From assembly GCA_038244085.1 (NCBI GenBank), contig JBBRTX010000001.1, forward strand, positions 74,064 through 138,063: 64,000 bases of DNA, read 5' to 3'. How positions within the stretch are numbered: the stretch's first letter is position 1; every line of letters starts with the position of its first letter. Source of the DNA: Bacteroidales bacterium (GTDB lineage Bacteria > Bacteroidota > Bacteroidia > Bacteroidales > FEN-979). Made by a program: the position numbers and the translations under genes. Shown one piece after another: positions 40,485 through 47,686 of this stretch. Under the pieces are notes generated by a model. The model did not search any database and was not told the origin of the DNA. It worked only from the letters and a program-made list of their open reading frames with translations.

Positions 40485-41135
40485 TCAGTTTTTCTTGCCG
40501 AAGGCAAGATCTCCGGCATCACCCAGACCCGGAACAATATAAGCTTGTGCAGTAAGTTCATCATCCACAGCGCCCACCCATACAGTCAGATTTTTTTGTG
40601 GGAGATTTTTCTTGAGATAAGAAAGTCCTTCCTGGCTGGCAAGGATACAGGCAATATGGGTATGACCCGGCTTTCCATGTGTCAACAGTTCCTTGAAAGT
40701 CAGCACGCAAGAAGCGCCGGTGGCAATCATCGGATCACAGAGGATCAGCGTCTTGCCATCAATATCGGGAATAGATGCATATTCAATTTGGATCGTGAAT
40801 GAATGATCCTTGTGATATTTCCGATAAGCAGAAATAAAAGCATTGTCTGACCGGTCGAAAACATTCAGTAAGCCCTGGTGGAAAGGCAACCCTGCCCGAA
40901 GAATGGTCGCAAGAACAGGATACTCGGTCAGAACCGGTACGCTCGCGATTCCGAGTGAAGTCACTACTTCCCGGGGTTCATATGCCAGTGCTTTACTGAT
41001 CTCATGGGCAAAAATGACCCCGATCCTCTCAAGATTATGCCGAAACCGGAGGGAATCTTTTTGCAATTCCACGTCTCTTATCTCTGCAATATACTGATTC
41101 AGGATAGAGTTTTCACTACTCAATACATTCACCAT
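40485..41135 (-). CDS. upp: uracil phosphoribosyltransferase
   Basis: PRPP loop LILCDPMIATGAS and C-terminal YIVPGLGDAGD. The ORF-track start is GTG, and the ATG at 41135 gives MVNVLSSENSIL. Confidence 0.9.
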   Translation of the reverse strand: MVNVLSSENSILNQYIAEIRDVELQKDSLRFRHNLERIGVIFAHEISKALAYEPREVVTSLGIASVPVLTEYPVLATILRAGLPFHQGLLNVFDRSDNAFISAYRKYHKDHSFTIQIEYASIPDIDGKTLILCDPMIATGASCVLTFKELLTHGKPGHTHIACILASQEGLSYLKKNLPQKNLTVWVGAVDDELTAQAYIVPGLGDAGDLAFGKKN

Positions 41136-41173
41136 ACCGGTTAAATTTATCGTTTTCACAAATGTATTACAAA

Positions 41174-42112
41174 TTATCCTGATTTGAGCTTCTTCGCTAA
41201 AATTACCAGTTTATCCGAAACCCATGACAAACGATTGATCCTCACCTGAAAATAAGGAAAATCCGCTGCACCGAATCCCCGGTAAAATCTTGCAACATTT
41301 TCGTCTTCGGATCCTTCAAAATCTAAAATTCCTGCCGTCCCGGCTCTTTCTTCGATGATATTTCCCATGAGCAAGAACATGGCTCCTTTATGCTTCCCCT
41401 CTTTTGAAGATGCGGCAAAATGAAATACCGTTCTTTCCTTGTCCGTGAGAAGTGAAACACCCGCAAGCAGGCTCCCTTCAGCAGAACGAATCCCTGTTAA
41501 TGCAGCCGTTTTTCTTTCCAATGCTGCATTCATCAGCTTTTCCAAAACCCCGTAATCCGTTTTCGACAACTTTCCCTCCTGTTCGCCGAAATTTCTTCTG
41601 AATAGGTCAATCAGTTCTTCAGGAGTAACATCATGACTTAGGAACATTTCATTCTCTGCCGCTTTTTTCAGATTCCTTCGGGTATTCTGATTAAAGCTTT
41701 TCTGAAGATCAGCATAGGGAAGTGATAGATTGAGAACCAGGTTTGCCCTTTTCTTGACTGTGAATCGTTCGTCATCCAATGGATTTTTTTCATTCAGATG
41801 AATCTCGATATAGCTAAATTCCTCAGGAACAGATAAAAGAAATTCACTCACTTTCGGGGAGTCAATTTCAACAGTGGAAAAAAGACCCAGTTGTTGGGTG
41901 AAAAAGGGCTGGAACAAGTACTTTATCCCGAATTTCCGACCGTAAGTGAGAGGAAAAACAGACAGGTAATCATCTTCCACCAATGCATCCCATCCCGGAC
42001 TCACGATATCAAGATACCATGAATAAGCATAGATCCTGCCATTGAGGGAATGATCTATACAGGTATCCCATTTCCTTTTGTCTATCTGATGATTGGAAAA
42101 ATAATGAATCAT
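41174..42112 (-). CDS. hypothetical protein, possibly FemAB-like/GNAT-fold acyltransferase
   Basis: 312 aa with no signal peptide. The overall pattern (N-terminal W..C...S, C-terminal FY.GFG) reminds me of FemAB-like GNAT proteins. This is a weak call. Confidence 0.35.
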   Translation of the reverse strand: MIHYFSNHQIDKRKWDTCIDHSLNGRIYAYSWYLDIVSPGWDALVEDDYLSVFPLTYGRKFGIKYLFQPFFTQQLGLFSTVEIDSPKVSEFLLSVPEEFSYIEIHLNEKNPLDDERFTVKKRANLVLNLSLPYADLQKSFNQNTRRNLKKAAENEMFLSHDVTPEELIDLFRRNFGEQEGKLSKTDYGVLEKLMNAALERKTAALTGIRSAEGSLLAGVSLLTDKERTVFHFAASSKEGKHKGAMFLLMGNIIEERAGTAGILDFEGSEDENVARFYRGFGAADFPYFQVRINRLSWVSDKLVILAKKLKSG

Positions 42113-42124
42113 GAATGTTCCCGT

Positions 42125-43447
42125 TTATTGTTCCTCTTGGGAGGATGCATACCGGAGAAGCTCTTCATAAATACTCCTCCAGCCTTTCCATCGTCCGCTG
42201 TCAGAAAAACTTTCATTGTGCCAAAGACTAACCATTTCCCCGTCAACTTTTCTAACCTCATCGACAATACTTTTTGACAATTTTAAGGCTTTCGTTGCAT
42301 TCAGACGAAAATAATCCCTTAAGGTTACATCCATTAACGAAACGGGATGAATCTTGAGATGTGTGACTTCATTGGTGGTGAGATCAAAAAACAGAAACGG
42401 ATCGGCAATCCCTGCCCTGAATCCTGGTTCCGAGGCATAACCCATCGAAAAATCTTCGGTTATTCCTATGCTGATAAGGGTCCTGAAGGTTTTCGGGATG
42501 GAAAATTTAAGAAAATGTTGCCGGCTGATGGTAATATCCCTGTGTAAAATCAGTGCAAGTCCTTCCAACTCATTTTCAAGTCGCGCAAACTTGTTGTTAG
42601 ACGCCAGTGAAGGATGAATTCCAACTCTTCCCTGCCTGTCCAACTTATGGATCAGTGATCTAATTCGATCACGATTGAGCGAAACATTGTTGTCATTCCC
42701 TCCGTATTCCGCGAAGAGAATAAAAAACAGAGAGGTAACATGATATTTTTCATGAAGCCGATGTATCAGCTGGTAATTATCATACGGATCTTTATGAAGT
42801 TTTAGTAAAACACCGGTTCTTTCGAAGATTTCCAGGATTCTTCCTTTCATCAGCGCACGCCCATAACCGCCCATTGTGCGGTAGAAACTTCTGGACAGAT
42901 AGGCATAAAAATGATCGATGTCGATGGTCGGCACAAAACGAAACGTTTTTTTTCGGTAAGATGTCTCCGGAAAACGGGTCAGGATTAATTCCCTGATTTT
43001 CAGGGCCCATCGGTTTACAACCGGGATGTGAAGAAAATCGCCTCTGAAAGCGAGGCTGTCATTAACACGAAAACGGCCGTATTTATCAGGTTGAAAAGGA
43101 AGATGTTCCTCATATCGTGTGACAAGGAAAAAGGCGGCCGCAAATGGATCAAATGGCAGGGCTGATTGTTTGTTATTCACCTGAAAAAAAACAGGACTCT
43201 CTTCAAAAGAAAACAAATCTGTATTCTGAGGTTCAATGTTTTGCTGAAAAAGCAAAGGAAAAGACTCGAAAAACAACTCATCCCCCAAAGGAGCAACAGA
43301 ATAGCTGAATTTTGGACCGGAACAGGCCAGAAATTCATCCCTGTTTTCAGTAAAACTGATTTTCATTCCGGAAAGATCCTCCAGCAAAAGCGAAAAAATA
43401 TAATTCGATCGATTGGACAATCCGTGAAGAAAGATGAGCAGATCCAT
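42125..43447 (-). CDS. hypothetical protein, possibly polysaccharide deacetylase-like
   Basis: 440-aa cytoplasmic protein co-oriented with the previous gene. TIDIDHFYAY and IHPS segments vaguely resemble the divergent deacetylase family. This is a weak call. Confidence 0.3.
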   Translation of the reverse strand: MDLLIFLHGLSNRSNYIFSLLLEDLSGMKISFTENRDEFLACSGPKFSYSVAPLGDELFFESFPLLFQQNIEPQNTDLFSFEESPVFFQVNNKQSALPFDPFAAAFFLVTRYEEHLPFQPDKYGRFRVNDSLAFRGDFLHIPVVNRWALKIRELILTRFPETSYRKKTFRFVPTIDIDHFYAYLSRSFYRTMGGYGRALMKGRILEIFERTGVLLKLHKDPYDNYQLIHRLHEKYHVTSLFFILFAEYGGNDNNVSLNRDRIRSLIHKLDRQGRVGIHPSLASNNKFARLENELEGLALILHRDITISRQHFLKFSIPKTFRTLISIGITEDFSMGYASEPGFRAGIADPFLFFDLTTNEVTHLKIHPVSLMDVTLRDYFRLNATKALKLSKSIVDEVRKVDGEMVSLWHNESFSDSGRWKGWRSIYEELLRYASSQEEQ

Positions 43448-43567
43448 CAGCTATGGTATAAATGATTAACGGGCCAATTTACAAAAAAGGCATAACATGT
43501 GGCTTTCGGATGTTGTGAAATTTTTTGTAATTTTGATTCCTCTTTAGTATATTTGGAATGTTTGAAT

Positions 43568-45265
43568 ATGGAAAATTTCATTGTTTCTGCCAGGAAGTAT
43601 CGACCGCAAACCTTTGATACGGTAGTAGGTCAGCATTCCATTACCAACACGTTGAAAAACGCCATCCGCAACAACCAGCTTGCCCAGGCTTTTCTTTTCT
43701 GCGGACCGAGAGGTGTGGGCAAAACAACCTGCGCCAGGATCCTGGCCAAGACCATTAACTGCGAAAACCTATCGGCCGAAATGGAGGCCTGTGACCAGTG
43801 TTCTTCCTGTGTTTCCTTCAACGAGAATGCCTCATTCAACATTTATGAGCTCGACGGTGCATCCAACAATTCGGTGGATGAGATCAGGAACCTCGTTGAC
43901 AAGGTGAGGATACCGCCGCAAATGGGGAAATACAAGGTTTACATCATCGATGAGGTTCACATGCTTTCGGCATCGGCCTTCAATGCCTTCCTGAAAACAT
44001 TGGAAGAACCTCCTGCCTATGCAAAGTTTATTCTTGCAACAACAGAAAAACACAAGATCATTCCGACCATCCTTTCGCGTTGTCAGATTTTTGACTTCAA
44101 AAGAATAACGGTTGAAGACATTGTAAAGCACCTTCAGTTTGTTGCTGAAGCGGAGCACATCACGGTTGAGGAAAACGCCCTGCACATCATCTCACAGAAA
44201 GCCGATGGCGCAATGCGGGATGCATTATCCATTTTCGACCAGCTGGTCAGCTTTGCCGGAAACAGCCTGACCTATGAGGCGGTACTGGAAAACCTAAACG
44301 TGCTGGACTATGAATATTTTTTCAGGATCACCGACCAGATCATCCGGGGTGATATCTCTTCAACCCTGCTTACCATTAATGAAATCCTGGACCAGGGATT
44401 CGATGGTCAGCATTTTATGATCGGGTTTGGGAGCCACTTGCGCAACCTGCTGGTTTGTAAGGATCCCGCAACGGTAAAGCTGATGGAAACCACTCCGTCT
44501 ATCCGTACCCGGTATGTAGAACAATCTGCCGTATGTACAATTGATTTTTTGTTGAAAGCACTGGATACAAACAACCGCTGTGATTTATCGTACAAAACCA
44601 GCAACAATAAACATCTTCACCTCGAACTCGCGCTGATGCAGATGTGTACGATCCTCCAGGAACCTGCCAGAATGAGCACCAGCCCCTCTTCGCCGACGAT
44701 TCCCTTGCCCAAACCAGCCCCTCCGCCTCAGCCTCCCATTGAAAAAAAAACGCCGTATAATCCGGTAAATCCTGAAAAAACAGTTGCTAAGGAGCCCAAA
44801 ACGGTATTTTCCACCGTTTCCATAAAAAATCAACCGGTAAAAGAAAATCCGAAGAATGAAGCCGAAGTTAATGAGGATGCCCCTCTTGAACATCGGCCAG
44901 CTGACGTCTTTACAAATGAGCAGCTTTCTCGTTTTTGGGATGAATATGTGGAAACCCTGAAAACCCTGGTCCCTCATCTTTATACCGCATTAAAAAAATA
45001 CAAGCCGGTATTGCGGGAAAATTTCCTGATCGAGTACACACTCGACAATCGTCTCCTGGAAGAAAATCTGAGAGAAAACAAGGCCGGGCTGATGGATTAC
45101 CTGATGAAGAACCTGAATAATTACCAGATCACGCTTCAAACCATCGTTCCTGATCATCCGCTCGATGTGAAGCCCTATACCGATCGTGAAAAATTTGCCC
45201 GTATGTCTGAAAAAAACCCTTCATTACTTGACCTTAGGGAGAAGTTTGACCTCGACCTGGATTAA
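43568..45265 (+). CDS. dnaX: DNA polymerase III subunit tau (and possibly gamma)
   Basis: MENFIVSARKYRPQTFDTVVGQ, Walker A GPRGVGKTT, a Zn module CENLSAEMEACDQCSSC, Walker B YIIDEVHML, and sensor LATTEKHKIIPTILSRC. The ORF-track GTG at 43499 is rejected in favour of the ATG at 43568. Confidence 0.9.
   Translation: MENFIVSARKYRPQTFDTVVGQHSITNTLKNAIRNNQLAQAFLFCGPRGVGKTTCARILAKTINCENLSAEMEACDQCSSCVSFNENASFNIYELDGASNNSVDEIRNLVDKVRIPPQMGKYKVYIIDEVHMLSASAFNAFLKTLEEPPAYAKFILATTEKHKIIPTILSRCQIFDFKRITVEDIVKHLQFVAEAEHITVEENALHIISQKADGAMRDALSIFDQLVSFAGNSLTYEAVLENLNVLDYEYFFRITDQIIRGDISSTLLTINEILDQGFDGQHFMIGFGSHLRNLLVCKDPATVKLMETTPSIRTRYVEQSAVCTIDFLLKALDTNNRCDLSYKTSNNKHLHLELALMQMCTILQEPARMSTSPSSPTIPLPKPAPPPQPPIEKKTPYNPVNPEKTVAKEPKTVFSTVSIKNQPVKENPKNEAEVNEDAPLEHRPADVFTNEQLSRFWDEYVETLKTLVPHLYTALKKYKPVLRENFLIEYTLDNRLLEENLRENKAGLMDYLMKNLNNYQITLQTIVPDHPLDVKPYTDREKFARMSEKNPSLLDLREKFDLDLD
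44742..44750 (+). other. A9 homopolymer (A_AAA_AAA slippery tract) inside dnaX
   Basis: GAAAAAAAAAC at codons E392-K-K in the Pro-rich linker after the clamp-loader core. The -1 frame stops after 3 codons (AAC GCC GTA TAA). The +1 frame stops after 5 codons. Confidence 0.4.
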
Positions 45266-45276
45266 ATCAAACATCG

Positions 45277-45843
45277 ATGCTCGCAAAAGTCTCATTGTTT
45301 TTTCTTCGTTTATTTGGATGGAATACCAGCGGATCATTACCGCCAGGCGTCGAAAAAGCCATCCTGATCGTTGCACCTCATACCAGTAACTGGGATTTTG
45401 TGATTGGCCGGCTCACCTTCTGGTCATCGCGCGTAAAAATCAGGGTACTGATCAAAAAGGAGGTTTTTGTATTTCCGTTTGGCATATTGTTAAGGAAAAT
45501 GGGAGCAGTTCCCGTAGCAAGGGGAAAAAAGAACAATATGGTGGACCAGGTTGTTGACCTCCTGAACCAGAACGAAAAAATGGTTGTCGTTATCACTCCC
45601 GAAGGAACCCGGCAGCTTACCAGAAAGTGGAAGAAAGGGTTTTATCTGATTGCGATGCAGGCACAAGTCCCCATCGTGCTGGCATTCATTGATTACAGGA
45701 AGAAGACAGGAGGCGTCGGGCCAATCCTCCACCCTACCGGGGATTTTGAAAAAGACATGGAGTTCATTCAAAACTTCTATAAAGAGAAATCTGCCCGTCA
45801 TCCGGAAAGATTTAGTCTCAGTCCTCAAAACCTGCGGTCATGA
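45277..45843 (+). CDS. PlsC-family lysophospholipid (1-acyl-sn-glycerol-3-phosphate) acyltransferase
   Basis: HX4D motif APHTSNWDF and the ITPEGTR motif. 188 aa. Confidence 0.75.
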   Translation: MLAKVSLFFLRLFGWNTSGSLPPGVEKAILIVAPHTSNWDFVIGRLTFWSSRVKIRVLIKKEVFVFPFGILLRKMGAVPVARGKKNNMVDQVVDLLNQNEKMVVVITPEGTRQLTRKWKKGFYLIAMQAQVPIVLAFIDYRKKTGGVGPILHPTGDFEKDMEFIQNFYKEKSARHPERFSLSPQNLRS

Positions 45844-46211
45844 CAAGAGGGATTTATACCATTCTTCTCCTGGTTCTCTCCAATGTTTTCATGACCTTCG
45901 CCTGGTATGGCCATCTGAAATTCAAGGAAATGAGTTTTATGCAGAACCTCAGCCTCTTTGGGTTCATCCTGCTGAGTTGGGGAATTGCCTTCTTCGAATA
46001 TTGTGCCCAGGTTCCGGCAAACCGGATCGGGTATCGGGAATTCGGCGGACCATTTTCCCTGGTTCAGTTAAAAGTGATCCAGGAGGTAAGCACGCTGATT
46101 ATATTTGTTATTTTTACCTTGGTTTTTTTTAAGACTGAAACCTTCAGATTGAACCATGTGATCGGTTTCATTTTCCTGATTCTTGCCGTTTATTTTATGT
46201 TCAAAAAATAA
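45840..46211 (+). CDS. small DMT-superfamily membrane protein (DUF486-like)
   Basis: 123 aa with 4 TM helices. N-terminal ILLLVLSNVFMTFAWYGHLKF. ATGA overlap with the upstream gene. Confidence 0.6.
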   Translation: MTRGIYTILLLVLSNVFMTFAWYGHLKFKEMSFMQNLSLFGFILLSWGIAFFEYCAQVPANRIGYREFGGPFSLVQLKVIQEVSTLIIFVIFTLVFFKTETFRLNHVIGFIFLILAVYFMFKK

Positions 46212-46273
46212 TATTCACTGCCCTTAAAGCCAAAGAGGAGTCAATCTTCGGCTTAAGGTCCAAAATCATTGAT

Positions 46274-46729
46274 ATGCGCGTAACAAAAAAGGAAATCGAT
46301 TCTTTTCTGGAAACCAGGAAATTAGCCATTGCCGGGGTCTCCCGCAAAGAGAAGAAGTTCGGTTATACTGTTTACATGGATTTGAAAGAAAAGGGATTTG
46401 ATGTTTATCCGATCAATCCCAACACCGACACCTTGAACGGGCAAACCTGTTTCCGTTCTGTTTCAGCACTTCCTGCCGATGTGACCAAACTCGTTGTTTT
46501 AACAAAAAAACCGGAAACCCTTGGAATTTTGAGAGAAGCTTTTGACAAAGGAATCAAAGAAGTGTGGATTCAGCAGATGTCTGACACGCCGGAAGCACTG
46601 AACTTTTCAGTCGCCCATTTTAAAACTTTTATTTACAAACAATGTATCCTTATGCACACCGATCCGGTAAAGAGCATTCACAAGTTTCACCGCAGCATTA
46701 AGGGCTTTTTCGGAACGTTGCCAAAATAA
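46274..46729 (+). CDS. CoA-binding domain protein (YccU-like)
   Basis: KLAIAGVSRKEKKFGYTVYMDLKEKGFDVYPINPN fits the CoA_binding_2 Rossmann-like N-terminus. Confidence 0.65.
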   Translation: MRVTKKEIDSFLETRKLAIAGVSRKEKKFGYTVYMDLKEKGFDVYPINPNTDTLNGQTCFRSVSALPADVTKLVVLTKKPETLGILREAFDKGIKEVWIQQMSDTPEALNFSVAHFKTFIYKQCILMHTDPVKSIHKFHRSIKGFFGTLPK

Positions 46730-46816
46730 ATTGGTGAAGATGAGTGGGGAGAGAGGAAATTTTGTCAGAGCCTGATGCCCTGAAACCCTTGCTATTAAGG
46801 CATTCTTACTTTGTAC

Positions 46817-46894
46817 TGGTGGGAGTTACTGGATTCGAACCAGTGACCCTCTGCTTGTAAGGCAGATGCTCTGAACCAACTGAGCTAAACTCCC
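46817..46894 (-). tRNA. tRNA-Val (anticodon TAC), CCA encoded
   Basis: The reverse complement GGGAGTTTAGCTCAGTTGGTTCAGAGCATCTGCCTTACAAGCAGAGGGTCACTGGTTCGAATCCAGTAACTCCCACCA folds as a cloverleaf. Acceptor GGGAGTT/AACTCCC, D stem GCTC/GAGC, anticodon stem TCTGC/GCAGA with loop CTTACAA, and T stem ACTGG/CCAGT with a TTCGAAT loop. Confidence 0.92.
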
Positions 46895-46970
46895 TCGGTT
46901 AAATGAGGGTGCAAAGATATAATTTTTTTCTACTTAAAAAATCAACGGGAACTTTATTTTAAGGAAAAAG

Positions 46971-47090
46971 AAAAAAATGGCCGGACGGTTACTATAAGGG
47001 GATAAATCGGTAAGATCCCGTGACAGATTTGGATGTGTATTTTATGCTGCGCTTAAAATTCTGTCAGAGCGCCGTCCGGGCCATTTTTTT
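46971..47090. other. ~120-nt multi-stem inverted-repeat element flanked by A7 and T7 (bidirectional terminator or small structured RNA)
   Basis: AAAAAAATGGCCGGACGG (46971-46988) pairs with CCGTCCGGGCCATTTTTTT (47072-47090), with one bulge. Nested stems are GGGAT/ATCCC and TGACAGA/TCTGTCA. Confidence 0.3.
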
Positions 47091-47258
47091 CTTTTTGTTC
47101 TTAACTCTTTTAAAAACTGTAATTATTTATACAGGTTGCAGTTAGAAAGGGATTCCCGGTCTCATTTCCCTGGGAAAGGAAATTTATTGATGCTGCGTGT
47201 AATTATCTGCCCCTTGGGATTGGGCAGTGAGACCGAAAATCCCTTTTCAACTGCCAGT

Positions 47259-47507
47259 TTATTCTTCCTGGACTTCCTTCTGGTCCTCTTTCTTCCTCAT
47301 TTCATAAATTTTTCGCAGACCATAAGCAGCACCCAAAGTGATAAGCACATAAACTCCGCTATCGATGGGAGCGCCCACGGGAGTCCCGCCACTTCCGGAT
47401 GGAGAACCTCCTCCGGGTGCAGGAGGGCCGGGCGGATCTGCAATTACATTCAGGGAATTCACAGCAAAAAAGGCTGTAACAATAAAGGCTAAGAAGATTT
47501 TTTTCAT
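47259..47507 (-). CDS. 82-aa mini-protein: signal peptide + Pro/Gly linker + PEP-CTERM-style tripartite sorting tail (P-I-D-S-G / TM / basic cluster)
   Basis: MKKIFLAFIVTAFFAVNSLNVIA | DPPGPPAPGGGSPSGSGGTPVGA | PIDSG | VYVLITLGAAYGL | RKIYEMRKK... The ATG at 47507 is internal to the 106-aa track ORF. The competing plus-strand ORFs have no features. Confidence 0.55.
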   Translation of the reverse strand: MKKIFLAFIVTAFFAVNSLNVIADPPGPPAPGGGSPSGSGGTPVGAPIDSGVYVLITLGAAYGLRKIYEMRKKEDQKEVQEE

Positions 47508-47686
47508 CTCTAAATTATTTTTGAATAATTGTTCAGAATTTGTCCCGAACGCATTCGGGATGGAACATCCCTCCGCCATGACGGCAGATCAATCGTGGCT
47601 TGCACCATTTGTGATTGTGAGGATATTTCATTTTTCTGTATCATTTTTTGAACGTCAACCGATTCGAACACGTCGTTCTTTGTGTT

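Noticed and set aside
46817-47258. tRNA-Val as the attachment site of a genomic island carrying the cohesin/T9SS locus.
   Set aside because: The locus lies on the 5' side of the tRNA, not the 3' side. I saw no integrase or transposase and no direct repeat of the tRNA 3' end anywhere in the window.
47543-47560. 7-bp hairpin TCCCGAA-CGCA-TTCGGGA between the 743-aa gene and the mini-protein gene, as a terminator.
   Set aside because: There is no U-tract on the minus strand after the stem. It could be a 5'-UTR structure or chance, and the evidence is too weak to call.
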